A stretch of DNA of 64,000 bases from Candidatus Omnitrophota bacterium (GTDB lineage Bacteria > Omnitrophota > Gorgyraeia > Tantalellales > Tantalellaceae): NCBI GenBank assembly GCA_015231405.1, contig JADGBR010000002.1:133547-197546 (forward strand), read 5' to 3'. The notes below the pieces were generated by a model that worked only from the letters and a program-made list of their open reading frames with translations, did no database searches and was not told where the DNA came from. This document shows positions 19,033-27,892 of this stretch, piece after piece (within the stretch, counting starts at the first letter, position 1; each line of letters begins with the position of its first letter). A program made the translations under genes and the position numbers.

Positions 19033-19938
19033 TTACCCCTCCTTACTGTCTACGGTTTCTATAAGTTCATCCACATTATCACAGGGTATCAACGCCTTCA
19101 TATACCTGGCTATCCCCCTCGCAAGTCTTTCCTGTTCATTCTCCGTGGGACCATACCCGGAGAAACGGACTTTCAGAGCCATCTCCCCGCATTCGTTGTA
19201 CAGGCTCCGAAGGTCACCTGGCAGTTCGGACTCAAGCCCCAACGGGTATTTTTTCTTAACATAACCCTCCATGGCTTTTTGGAGAGAGTAATAATACTCT
19301 CCAGTTTCTCCCGCAATCCTATGCCTGTCGATATCCCTCAAATGCGCTATGACCTTTTTTTCAGCCTCAAAATTGTCTTTGTTTGGCCCTCTGTTCCTTT
19401 TCTTGGTACTGGCTGCTCCGAGGTTACGGATCAATATGGCCGAAACACCTAAGATCAAAAGCGCGGCTAAAATTATGAGAAACCCCTCTAGCGCGATCTT
19501 CCCGGACCTGGCGGCCCGCGAAATTATCCTTACGGGTATAGGGGGGGTTTTGACCATCCTTATATTCTCCTTATCGGAGCCCGAAACATATTCTAATACA
19601 GCGGGAGTAGCTTCCCCCGAACCTTTCTCTTTACCGATATATAGGTATTCCAGGAAGGTCCTCGAGAAAACGCCGTCTTTCGTAAGCCTTGAAGACGAGC
19701 TTTGCTTGGAATCTATCTGTTCCAAGAGCGGACTTCCCGGCGGTGTTATCCTGGTTACCGAGATCGAAGGGCCTCCTTCGTCCTTCCATTCCATTTCAAC
19801 AGTGACCTTAATTTTCTCGCCGACTCCTATTTCCTTTTTATCGGAAAAAGCGTTGATCTTAGGCTCTACAGCCAACGCTGTCCCCCCGGCATACCCCGCT
19901 AAGAGAATTATCGATAACCACAGTATTTTTCCAAACAT
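19033..19938 (-). CDS. Hypothetical exported/membrane protein, first gene of the MoxR operon
   Basis: Signal peptide, central TM (LEGFLIILAALLILGVSAILI), cytoplasmic C-terminal region; 1-nt spacing to moxR. Confidence 0.45.
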   Translation of the reverse strand: MFGKILWLSIILLAGYAGGTALAVEPKINAFSDKKEIGVGEKIKVTVEMEWKDEGGPSISVTRITPPGSPLLEQIDSKQSSSSRLTKDGVFSRTFLEYLYIGKEKGSGEATPAVLEYVSGSDKENIRMVKTPPIPVRIISRAARSGKIALEGFLIILAALLILGVSAILIRNLGAASTKKRNRGPNKDNFEAEKKVIAHLRDIDRHRIAGETGEYYYSLQKAMEGYVKKKYPLGLESELPGDLRSLYNECGEMALKVRFSGYGPTENEQERLARGIARYMKALIPCDNVDELIETVDSKEG

Positions 19939-19967
19939 TTTCTTCCCTTCCCGATCAAATATCCATA

Positions 19968-20012
19968 ATCCACGCCTGCCCGCCGTAGCCTTGGCGAAGG
20001 CGGGAACCGCTA
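19968..20012. repeat. GCCGTAGCCTTGGCGAAGGCGG element, short copy
   Basis: CCTGCCCGCCGTAGCCTTGGCGAAGGCGGGAAC; same core as the 3' part of the 62705..62835 element. Confidence 0.6.
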
Positions 20013-20057
20013 AATTAAATTTACCACGATACCACTTAAGGGAACATTAAGCCAAAA

Positions 20058-21524
20058 TTAAGATTTCTTAATATTCGATATATGGCTAGGGGTTGGTAGG
20101 GTCACCGTGAAAACGCTCCCTTTTCTGGGAACGCTTTCGACCGTGATGGACCCTTTATGGGCTTTCGCTATCATCCGGGCGATACTAAGGCCAAGCCCGG
20201 CGCCACCGTCTTCGCGGGTCCTTGCCTTATCGACACGGTAAAAACGCTCGAATATCTTTTCCTGCTCTTCTTCCGGAATGCCTATGCCGGTGTCGGAGAC
20301 CCTCACCGCGCAGTTACTCTGCGCTAAGGTCATCTCCAGAGTTATCGTCCCATTCTCCGGTGTATATCTGACTGCGTTCTCTATAAGATTCGAAAAAAGC
20401 TCTTCCAGCCTTCCAGGGTCTCCCATCACATAGAAGTCGACTTCCGGGCAGCATAACGAAAGTACGATATTCTTTTTTTCAGCGAGCACACGGTAAAAAT
20501 CGATCATCTTCGCCAGAAGCCCTTTTAGTTCAATTTTCTTCATTTCATACCTGTCAAGCCCGCTGTCCCCCCGGGAAAGGACCAGGAGCCTTGTGATCAT
20601 CCTGGTCAGCCGGTCCATCCCGATGACGGTATTCGCAAGTACCTCCCTGTATTCCTCAATATCGCCGCCCCTTTCGAGCGCGACCTCGGCTTCTCCCTTA
20701 ATGGCGGTTATTGGAAGTCTGATCTCGTGAGAAGCATTCGCGGTGAAATGTATCATCTTCTGGTTAGATTCCCGCAGTTTGTCGAGAACATTATTAAAAG
20801 AGGCGGCAAGCTTGTCCAATTCGTCGCCTGTCCCCAGGATAGGAAGTCTCCCGCCTGATCCCGACCGCGATAGCTCGTTCGAAGCCGTTATCATTCTCGT
20901 GATCGGCGATAGGAACCGGCTCGTCATGATGATACCGCTGATAAAAGCCAGGAGAATTATAAGCGGGATCATTAATAATCCTGTACTAAAAAATACCCTG
21001 ACCGTTTCCTGATGCCCGAAAGGCGTGACACCGAACTCAAGGTAGAATATTTCCCCCATAACGTTCCTAAAAGAACGGGTAGCCATGTACACCGTATTGC
21101 CGTCGGCGTCACGGTATGCGCTTGCGCCCGCTGTTACGGACTTATCGTCGGGAGGGCGGTTCATCGCCTCCTCCAGGGAAGCCTTATCCTCGGAAAAGTT
21201 TCTAGACCGACCCACTATATGCCCTTTAGCGTCAAAAAGAGCGTAGCCTATCTTATGTGAACCTTTTATCCCGCCCGTATATTTTGAAAGTAAATCGGAC
21301 ATCGCGGGCCCGCCCTTCGGCTCGTTCCCGATCATGTCTATGGCGGACTTTAGCTCGGAGGACAAATACTGTTTAGTGGCTTCGAGAAGACGGGCGTTCA
21401 TCTGGAAAGAGAAATATACCGTCACGGCGATGATGCTCACGAAAAGAATAAGGATATAGCCGAAAGCGAGTCTCGCGCGGATACTTTGAAAAAAAACCCG
21501 TTTATTTCCTTTCTTCCAGGACAT
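20058..21524 (-). CDS. Sensor histidine kinase (two TM, HAMP, HisKA, HATPase_c)
   Basis: H-box ASHEIRLPITAIKG; G-boxes DTGIGIP, GGAGLGLSI; periplasmic loop between two TM helices. Confidence 0.85.
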   Translation of the reverse strand: MSWKKGNKRVFFQSIRARLAFGYILILFVSIIAVTVYFSFQMNARLLEATKQYLSSELKSAIDMIGNEPKGGPAMSDLLSKYTGGIKGSHKIGYALFDAKGHIVGRSRNFSEDKASLEEAMNRPPDDKSVTAGASAYRDADGNTVYMATRSFRNVMGEIFYLEFGVTPFGHQETVRVFFSTGLLMIPLIILLAFISGIIMTSRFLSPITRMITASNELSRSGSGGRLPILGTGDELDKLAASFNNVLDKLRESNQKMIHFTANASHEIRLPITAIKGEAEVALERGGDIEEYREVLANTVIGMDRLTRMITRLLVLSRGDSGLDRYEMKKIELKGLLAKMIDFYRVLAEKKNIVLSLCCPEVDFYVMGDPGRLEELFSNLIENAVRYTPENGTITLEMTLAQSNCAVRVSDTGIGIPEEEQEKIFERFYRVDKARTREDGGAGLGLSIARMIAKAHKGSITVESVPRKGSVFTVTLPTPSHISNIKKS

Positions 21525-22176
21525 AGCCTACACCCCGAAGCGTATGGATCAAAGGTTTTTCGCCGGACGGATCTATTTTTTTTCTGAGATTGGTCATATG
21601 GACGTCTATGACGTTGGTCATCGGGTCGAAATTGTATCCCCAGACGTTCTCCGAGATCATTGTGCGGGTCACTACTTCGCCTTTGTGCTCGAAGAGGTAT
21701 TGCAATAAGGTGAATTCTATGGGAGTGAGACCGATGACCGATCTCCCCCTTCTTACAGCGCGTTTTGCGATATCCAGCTCCAGGTCAGAGACCTCGTAGC
21801 GGGTCACATTTTCTTCCTTGCCCCTCCTCGTAAGCGCCCTGACCCGCGCTAAGAGCTCGGAAAAAGAGAAGGGCTTCACCAGGTAATCGTCACCGCCCAG
21901 CTCAAGGCCCCTCACCTTATCCTCGACTGTGTCTTTCGCCGTTAAAAATATGACCGGGGTCTTCACGCCTTTATTCCGGAGCTGCCTGACCACCTCATAT
22001 CCGTCAAGTTTCGGGAGCATTATATCCAGCACAATGCAATCATAGTCCTCGCCCGTCGCCAGAAAAAAACCATCTCTCCCGTCCGCGGCCGTGTCCACAG
22101 CGAACCCGTGTTCTTTAAACCCTTTCTTTATGAAACTGAGGACCTGCTTTTCGTCCTCCACTACAAGGACCTTCAA
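21502..22176 (-). CDS. OmpR/PhoB-family response regulator
   Basis: REC domain (MKVLVVEDE, D-box LDIMLPKLDG, K LTAK) plus winged-helix Trans_reg_C (YVLEERK tail); 23-nt overlap with cognate kinase. Confidence 0.9.
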   Translation of the reverse strand: MKVLVVEDEKQVLSFIKKGFKEHGFAVDTAADGRDGFFLATGEDYDCIVLDIMLPKLDGYEVVRQLRNKGVKTPVIFLTAKDTVEDKVRGLELGGDDYLVKPFSFSELLARVRALTRRGKEENVTRYEVSDLELDIAKRAVRRGRSVIGLTPIEFTLLQYLFEHKGEVVTRTMISENVWGYNFDPMTNVIDVHMTNLRKKIDPSGEKPLIHTLRGVGYVLEERK

Positions 22177-22204
22177 GTCAAGGCTCCTTAATGTTCGGGG
22201 ACGT

Positions 22205-22594
22205 TCACTCCCCGCTCCCGATCAGCGGCAGAACGGATTCGACCTTAAAATAGACCAGGTAACGTTTCTTCATCTTAGCGGTATCGCACGAAACTCCGTG
22301 GCACTTGTGTTTTGCCATAGCGTCGATGATCTCCGCGTCATCCGTCTCTTTGTCCTTCCGGAGATACAGCCTTTTGCCTTCGTACCCGGAGCCTTCCTCC
22401 TTGAAAAGAAAGACCGCTCTGGGATTAGCTCCGATATTCGCGTGGGAAAGCTTGTCTCCCATTATGAACGCTACGCGCCCGTCATCCAACACATGCGGTC
22501 TTGAATACACCGCCGCGTTGACTTTCCCCTTAGCGTCGGCCGTACTCAAAACTCCCAGCCCTTTATTTTTCTCAAAATAATCTTTTAAGGCCAT
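22205..22594 (-). CDS. Pyridoxamine 5'-phosphate oxidase-like FMN-binding (split barrel) protein
   Basis: 129 aa with sequence pattern of general stress protein 26/PNPOx-like fold (GVLSTADAKGKVNAAV...VAFIMG). Confidence 0.5.
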   Translation of the reverse strand: MALKDYFEKNKGLGVLSTADAKGKVNAAVYSRPHVLDDGRVAFIMGDKLSHANIGANPRAVFLFKEEGSGYEGKRLYLRKDKETDDAEIIDAMAKHKCHGVSCDTAKMKKRYLVYFKVESVLPLIGSGE

Positions 22595-22662
22595 CTTGTC
22601 TCCTTTATCGCGGTATTTCCGTCTTCTCCTGAAAAAACATCAAAAAGTTATGATGTGTTATT

Positions 22663-23229
22663 TTACCATGAGGATATTGCGCTGTATATCCCCGAAAGAC
22701 CGAACATGATAAAAACGGAAGCGGACGCGTATTTTATAGCCCGTTCGGGGATATGTTTTTTCATGATTATCCCGGCTATGATCCCGATCGCGTCGGCGGC
22801 CACCATTCCTATCGTAGTGCCTATGAGAACTTGCAGCATATTATCGTACTTTACGGCAAGACTTACGGTAGCGAGCTGTGTCTTATCGCCCATTTCGGCG
22901 ATAAAGAAGGCGATAGCGACAGTCGCTACCGGCCCGAATTTAGACGGTCTTTTATCCTCCCCTTCCAGATGGTCGCCGTGCAAAGTCCATATCCCGAAAC
23001 CTATGAAAGAAAGCGCGGCCGCGACAGAGATGATCTCGAAAGGTATGACCTTGGACAGAAAATGTCCCGTAAGCACCGCGATGGCGTGATTAGCGACGGT
23101 CGCGAGAAAAACGGCCAAAAGGACTTTATCCGCCCTGTACCTTGCCGCGAAGGCCATAGCGAGCAGTTGGGTCTTATCGCCCATCTCGGCGAGCAGAACG
23201 AACCCTAACGACGCAAGAAAAGCTAACAT
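22663..23229 (-). CDS. UPF0016/GDT1-family (TMEM165-like) cation transporter
   Basis: Duplicated signature E-x-G-D-K-T (EMGDKTQLLAMAF and EMGDKTQLATVSL) in two 3-TM halves. The start is corrected to the Met at 23229 because the track N-terminus MVHGQNK is encoded by a GACCATG tandem repeat. Confidence 0.7.
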   Translation of the reverse strand: MLAFLASLGFVLLAEMGDKTQLLAMAFAARYRADKVLLAVFLATVANHAIAVLTGHFLSKVIPFEIISVAAALSFIGFGIWTLHGDHLEGEDKRPSKFGPVATVAIAFFIAEMGDKTQLATVSLAVKYDNMLQVLIGTTIGMVAADAIGIIAGIIMKKHIPERAIKYASASVFIMFGLSGIYSAISSW

Positions 23230-23255
23230 ATGGGTTGAAGTTAATGCCTTGTTTT

Positions 23256-23288
23256 GACCATGGACCATGGACTATGGACCATGGAACT
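23256..23288. repeat. (GACCATG)n tandem heptamer repeat, copy 1
   Basis: GACCATG GACCATG GACTATG GACCATG GAAC; second locus at 49351..49382. Confidence 0.8.
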
Positions 23289-23295
23289 TTGGATG

Positions 23296-23811
23296 TCATG
23301 CTTGCCTTAGAGCATGTTTTTTCATTTTTGCTTCATGTTTGATCTTTCTTATCTCGACAGCGGCGAAATACACGACGCCGGACATGAAAACGGCTATAAA
23401 AAAGGATATGATCAGGTTGCCTACCACTACCGGAATTATCACATCAGAAAACGACGCCTGGAAGAATTTCGACCATTTAAAATCAGCCGTGAGGGCGTTC
23501 CACGCTTTAAAAACATTTTCCTGGTCCACACCCATTACCCATGATCCGACCTTGATCGACGCCAGGAGCGTGACGACACTGACCCAGGTATTGAATAAAA
23601 GGCTTCCCAAAAGAGCGCTCACGCGGTTCACCCTGAAAATGTAAGCCAAAAACACCGCTATGATAGGCCCTACCCCGGCCGTGGCTCCTATAAAAACGCC
23701 TATACCGAACCCTCCGGCTATTTTAGCGGGGCTGTCATTTATCCTGAAAAGCCTCAGATAGATCAGTCTTGCGGCCCGTTTTATCCTGATCCATAGCGGT
23801 CTTTTTTGCAT
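23296..23811 (-). CDS. DUF2062-family membrane protein
   Basis: Pattern RLFRINDSPAKIAGGFGIGVFIGATAG typical of DUF2062; three or four TM helices. Confidence 0.5.
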   Translation of the reverse strand: MQKRPLWIRIKRAARLIYLRLFRINDSPAKIAGGFGIGVFIGATAGVGPIIAVFLAYIFRVNRVSALLGSLLFNTWVSVVTLLASIKVGSWVMGVDQENVFKAWNALTADFKWSKFFQASFSDVIIPVVVGNLIISFFIAVFMSGVVYFAAVEIRKIKHEAKMKKHALRQA

Positions 23812-23813
23812 GA

Positions 23814-23872
23814 TTAAAAAAAGCGGTCAGACTGTGTCCCGCATTTTTGCGATATGACATAGCCTGACCGCT
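23814..23872 (-). terminator. Candidate Rho-independent terminator downstream of the SPFH gene
   Basis: On the minus strand AGCGGTCAG...CTGACCGC stem (9 bp) immediately followed by TTTTTTTAATC; lies just after the stop of the 23877..24746 gene. Confidence 0.45.
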
Positions 23873-23876
23873 AGCT

Positions 23877-24746
23877 TCACTCCTGTTTTGCCAATCCCAT
23901 CCCGCCTCTTCCCGCTTCCATTATCGGAAGGTTCGCTTCGGTCGGGACATAGATGATCTGTTTATCGTTGCTCTGCAATCCTTCGATCCAGAGATAACGG
24001 AGATAGTTATCGGAAATACTTCCCGCTATTATCTTATTGCTCTCCGCAACGCCTTTGGCTTTAGCTACGGCTATTTCGGCGTCCTTCTGGGCCTTCTGCA
24101 GCTCGAACTGCTTCTGAAGGGCTTCCTGCTCGGTCTTAAGCTTCTGCTGTATGCTCTCCATAAAAGCCGGCGGCAGTTTTACATCCCGGAGGAGAACATC
24201 CGTAACTATTATGCCCTTCGGATCGAGTTTGCTCTTAAGGAATTCCAGCATCTGCTTGCCTATCTTATTCCTGCCCTCATCGCTGTAAAGGGCTTTAACT
24301 TCGTACCCGCTGGCTACGTTCCTGATGGCTTCCCTGATATAAGGCTCAAGGATCGTTGTCCGGTATGATCCCCCTATGGTCCTTCGCACGGTCGTTACTT
24401 TTTCCTTGGGGATCTGGTAAAGAATAGACAGGTCGAGCTGCGATATTAAACCCTCGGAAGAAGGCACCTGGGCCGTTTCTTTTATTTCCTGAAGTTTGAC
24501 GTTCCAGACTTCCATGGACGTAATACCCGGTATAAAAAAGTGCCATCCGGTGCTCACCGCATCTTCCTGTATCTTTCCGAAATCGATCTTTACCCCGGTC
24601 TGCCCATCCTCGACGCCGACAACCGCACAGCCCGTCATGGCAGAGACGACAAAGGCCAAGAGCACCAATCGTATAATAGTATTCATTTCACTACCTCCCG
24701 TTTTGTTCAACCTATAAAAGGATCTAGACCAACCGCATTTTAACAC
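23877..24746 (-). CDS. SPFH/band-7 (prohibitin/HflK-like) lipoprotein
   Basis: Lipobox LVVSAMTGC; band-7 core followed by long coiled coil (EQEALQKQFELQKAQKDAEIAVAKAKG). Confidence 0.75.
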   Translation of the reverse strand: MLKCGWSRSFYRLNKTGGSEMNTIIRLVLLAFVVSAMTGCAVVGVEDGQTGVKIDFGKIQEDAVSTGWHFFIPGITSMEVWNVKLQEIKETAQVPSSEGLISQLDLSILYQIPKEKVTTVRRTIGGSYRTTILEPYIREAIRNVASGYEVKALYSDEGRNKIGKQMLEFLKSKLDPKGIIVTDVLLRDVKLPPAFMESIQQKLKTEQEALQKQFELQKAQKDAEIAVAKAKGVAESNKIIAGSISDNYLRYLWIEGLQSNDKQIIYVPTEANLPIMEAGRGGMGLAKQE

Positions 24747-24782
24747 CCAAAGCGTTATGGCTCAAGACATTTATTCTATTAC

Positions 24783-24855
24783 GGTGTCAGGCCTCCCCAT
24801 TGGACAATAACAAAAGCGGTAATACTACTTTGTCCGATGGGGAGGCCTGACACCG
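24783..24855. repeat. Perfect 26-bp-stem hairpin element, copy 1 (CGGTGTCAGGCCTCCCCATTGGACAA / TTGTCCGATGGGGAGGCCTGACACCG)
   Basis: Read directly; near-identical copy at 50710..50782. Confidence 0.85.
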
Positions 24856-24885
24856 AGTTCTCCGAGTTCTTCCCCGGATACCTTT

Positions 24886-25635
24886 CTAGGGGTGCGGGTA
24901 TGGGCATTGTTGCATGCGAAGGGGTTTTTCCAGGCTGCTCTGGTGAAGAAGTTTTTCGTCCTGGAAAAGTTGAGCTGTCGGCCCGTCCGCGGTGATCCGG
25001 CCCTTATGAAGGACGATCGTCCGTTCTGAAAGGTCCATTGCCATATCCAGGTCATGAGTGGCGATGATCTTAGTGTGGCGAAAAGTTCTCAACAGTTCGA
25101 TCAACCGTTTGCGTGACATGGGATCTAAGCTGGATGTGGGTTCGTCCATGACCAGGATATCGGGAGACATCACCAGGACCGTCGCGATGGCCACCGCCCG
25201 TTTCTCCCCCTGGGAAAGCCGATATGGCGGACGCTTTCTCAAATGTGACGCGCCGACCGTTTCAAGCGCCTCATGGACTTTTTTTTCTACTTCTTCATTT
25301 TCTAATCCCATATTCAACGGTCCAAAGGCTACATCATCAAAAACGGTCGGCATAAATAATTGGTCATCAGAATTCTGAAAGACCATCCCTACCGAACGCC
25401 GGACGACATCCATATTCTTCAAAGTCACCTTATGGTCTCCGACCCTAATCTCACCCTTTGTAGCCGCCAGATAACCGTTGATATGATGCAATAGCGTTGA
25501 TTTCCCTGCGCCGTTCTCGCCCACTAGAGCCACCGACTCACCGTGAGTTATACGGAATGATACCCCATCCAACCCGACTGTCCCGTCAGGATAAACATAA
25601 TGCAGATCTCTGGTTTCGACAATATGATGGCTCAT
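24886..25635 (-). CDS. cbiO: ECF/CbiO-type ABC transporter ATP-binding protein
   Basis: Walker A GENGAGKST, signature LSQGEKRAVAIA, Walker B ILVMDEPTS, H-loop; adjacent to CbiQ and CbiM. Confidence 0.85.
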   Translation of the reverse strand: MSHHIVETRDLHYVYPDGTVGLDGVSFRITHGESVALVGENGAGKSTLLHHINGYLAATKGEIRVGDHKVTLKNMDVVRRSVGMVFQNSDDQLFMPTVFDDVAFGPLNMGLENEEVEKKVHEALETVGASHLRKRPPYRLSQGEKRAVAIATVLVMSPDILVMDEPTSSLDPMSRKRLIELLRTFRHTKIIATHDLDMAMDLSERTIVLHKGRITADGPTAQLFQDEKLLHQSSLEKPLRMQQCPYPHP

Positions 25636-26436
25636 CTAGAAGACCTCCATTATAAATTCCCCCAACTCTACCGGTATATTGTAAACGCGGAAGAATATGA
25701 ACAAGATCGACCATACAACAACAAAACTATGATCTATGATGCCGCTTTTTATCGCGGTACTGACGCGAATATGCCCATCAAAACCCCTCGAGCACATAGC
25801 TCGATATATACGTTCTGACCGGTCAAGAGTGCGTAACAAGAGATGCCCTATCAAAGATACAAATGCCCTGAACCCCATAGCACCCCGATGAAATGTCCTC
25901 GTCTTCCTCGCCCGCTCCATCCGATTCGACTCTTCGGCGAGAACAAAAAGGTACCGATAAAAGAACAATAGCTGAACAACGAACGGCCTGGGGACCCTGA
26001 GCTTTGTCAACGCTTCACAAACAGCATTAAATCCTGAGAGCGCCACTAAAAGCAGCGCCGCTGTTACTGTCAGGATAAACCTCAAAATGATGGATACAAA
26101 AGAGATCCAACCGCCTGAGACGCATATTTCGCCTATGTGGACCATGGTCTCCCTGTCAATTACGGGGTTAAATATACCCAAGAGAATTGCGAACGGGGAA
26201 ACCAGTAATACTTTTTTGAGAATAAACTTCGCGGGTAAACCACCGGCTGAGATCAAATACACGGGATAAATAAAGAACGGGATGAACGCCAATACCGTGT
26301 ACTTCCCGAAAGAAACCACCGTCACGATGAAAAATAACGTGGTGATCAATTTCGCCCGCGGATCTAATCGGTGCAGCGGGCTGTTCCCTCCGGCCAACGA
26401 ATCCATATAACCAATATCATAATTACCTCTATCCAT
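25636..26436 (-). CDS. cbiQ: ECF transporter transmembrane (T) component CbiQ
   Basis: About 5-TM protein with conserved C-terminal A-R-x-x-R-G coupling region (YRAMCSRGFDG); stop abuts cbiO start. Confidence 0.75.
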   Translation of the reverse strand: MDRGNYDIGYMDSLAGGNSPLHRLDPRAKLITTLFFIVTVVSFGKYTVLAFIPFFIYPVYLISAGGLPAKFILKKVLLVSPFAILLGIFNPVIDRETMVHIGEICVSGGWISFVSIILRFILTVTAALLLVALSGFNAVCEALTKLRVPRPFVVQLLFFYRYLFVLAEESNRMERARKTRTFHRGAMGFRAFVSLIGHLLLRTLDRSERIYRAMCSRGFDGHIRVSTAIKSGIIDHSFVVVWSILFIFFRVYNIPVELGEFIMEVF

Positions 26437-26437
26437 A

Positions 26438-27475
26438 TTATTTCACAGTCTTAGCACGGCGTCTAAGTCCAAGTCCGGCGAGGACGATCAATAATAAAGT
26501 TAATCCCCCGCCGACTAATCCGGCCGTAGAAGTCCCCTGATGGGCCGCCGGCCATGACGGGCGAGCTGCAGTTTCGATCCCGATCTCACGCTCCTCCTTT
26601 TTGAACCCATAGCCGGGCAGGAAAGCCGTTTTTTCCTGGATAGCGGCTAAAGAGGCGTGAACGCCGCCATTATTTTCCAATACTTCTTTACCTGACGTTT
26701 TGAACATCGCCCATTCCAATCCATCCGGACGCGAAGACGCGAACCAGCTCAACGCCCCCCCGGTGATCGCCGCGGCTATCAGCAGTCCGACAAAGACCTT
26801 CCTCATATTAATTCGCCCTACAGGCTCATAACGGCTGACAGCGTTAAGGAGCTCGGGCCTCGCGTTCCAAACGAACATGACCACAGCCGCGGTCACCACC
26901 CCCTCTACGACGCCGATGGCCAAATGTATCGGCTGCATTAAAAGAACGAATGTATCGAACGGCAATTCTGATATTTTTGAGGACACCGTCTCTAAAACTA
27001 CCCCAAACGCGCCCAGCTCGAGCGCGACGGTCGCCCCGATGATGGAGCCCGTTATGATCCTTCCTTTAGACAGTTTATTCCCGGCGATCTTCCGGTAAAT
27101 AAATGGATAAGCGAGAAAACACGGAAATATACCGAGGTTAAAAATATTGCACCCCAGAGCCAGAAGGCCTCCGTCACCGAAAAAGAGCGCCTGGACCGTT
27201 AACACCGAAGCCATTACGAGAAATGCGGCAAAAGGCCCGAGCAATATGGTTAGTATCATGCCTCCGCCTAAATGTCCGCTTGATCCGGTGGCCGGGATAC
27301 TGAAATTGATCATTTGCGCCGCAAAAATAAAAGCGCCTAATACGCCCATAAGGGGGACCTTCCGGTCATCAGCCTCTTCTTTTACCTTTTTAGAACAGTA
27401 TGCTATCGATCCCGCCGAGATAACCCACATACTTAGACCCACGACCGGGGAAATTAAAGCATCAGCCATATGCAT
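26438..27475 (-). CDS. cbiMN: Fused CbiM-CbiN substrate-capture component of a Ni/Co ECF importer
   Basis: N-terminus MHMADALISPV (CbiM/NikM His-2-containing metal-binding N-terminus), 6-7 TM, then extra TM-loop-TM with PDGLEW motif characteristic of the CbiN/NikN extension. Confidence 0.7.
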   Translation of the reverse strand: MHMADALISPVVGLSMWVISAGSIAYCSKKVKEEADDRKVPLMGVLGAFIFAAQMINFSIPATGSSGHLGGGMILTILLGPFAAFLVMASVLTVQALFFGDGGLLALGCNIFNLGIFPCFLAYPFIYRKIAGNKLSKGRIITGSIIGATVALELGAFGVVLETVSSKISELPFDTFVLLMQPIHLAIGVVEGVVTAAVVMFVWNARPELLNAVSRYEPVGRINMRKVFVGLLIAAAITGGALSWFASSRPDGLEWAMFKTSGKEVLENNGGVHASLAAIQEKTAFLPGYGFKKEEREIGIETAARPSWPAAHQGTSTAGLVGGGLTLLLIVLAGLGLRRRAKTVK

Positions 27476-27489
27476 GATAATTTATCCTT

Positions 27490-27891
27490 TTATTCTCTGC
27501 CCCAGTTCCCGGATGTCATTACCCTTATCTTTTCCAGAAGTTTAGCCGGGTCTAAAGGTTTTTGCAGGAAATCGCAGTTGCTCATAATTTTGAGGTTCGA
27601 AAGGGCTTCCTGGTCCAGAACGCTCACTACCAGTATCGGCACTCGCATAGTCCTTTTGTCGTTACGGAGATTCACGAAAAGTGTGTCGCCTGATACCGGA
27701 GACATGATTATGTCTATGACGACCAGGTCATAGCTCTTCTCTTTAGTTTTATGAAGAGCTTCCGTCGCTCCGCTTTCGATATCGATCTCGTAATCCGGCC
27801 TTTTGGCGAATATCATTTTATACATTTCCCTCATTTCCTCATCATCTTCGGCAATCAGTATTTTTTTTGGTCCGGCGCCGTATTCCGTCAT
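27490..27891 (-). CDS. Stand-alone CheY-like receiver domain protein
   Basis: KKILIAEDDEEM...DLVVIDIIMSPVSG...VPILVVS; 133 aa, no output domain; 1-nt gap to upstream kinase. Confidence 0.8.
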   Translation of the reverse strand: MTEYGAGPKKILIAEDDEEMREMYKMIFAKRPDYEIDIESGATEALHKTKEKSYDLVVIDIIMSPVSGDTLFVNLRNDKRTMRVPILVVSVLDQEALSNLKIMSNCDFLQKPLDPAKLLEKIRVMTSGNWGRE

Positions 27892-27892
27892 G

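Noticed and set aside
19939-20057. CCCGCC...GGCGGG hairpin after the 20058 kinase gene as a terminator
   Set aside because: It is followed by no U-tract on the minus strand. It belongs to the GCCTTGGCGAAGG repeat family instead.
23256-23288. CRISPR array considered for the short tandem/inverted repeats
   Set aside because: Repeat units are 7 nt or form single palindromes with no unique spacers, and there are no cas genes. They are simple-sequence or REP-like elements.
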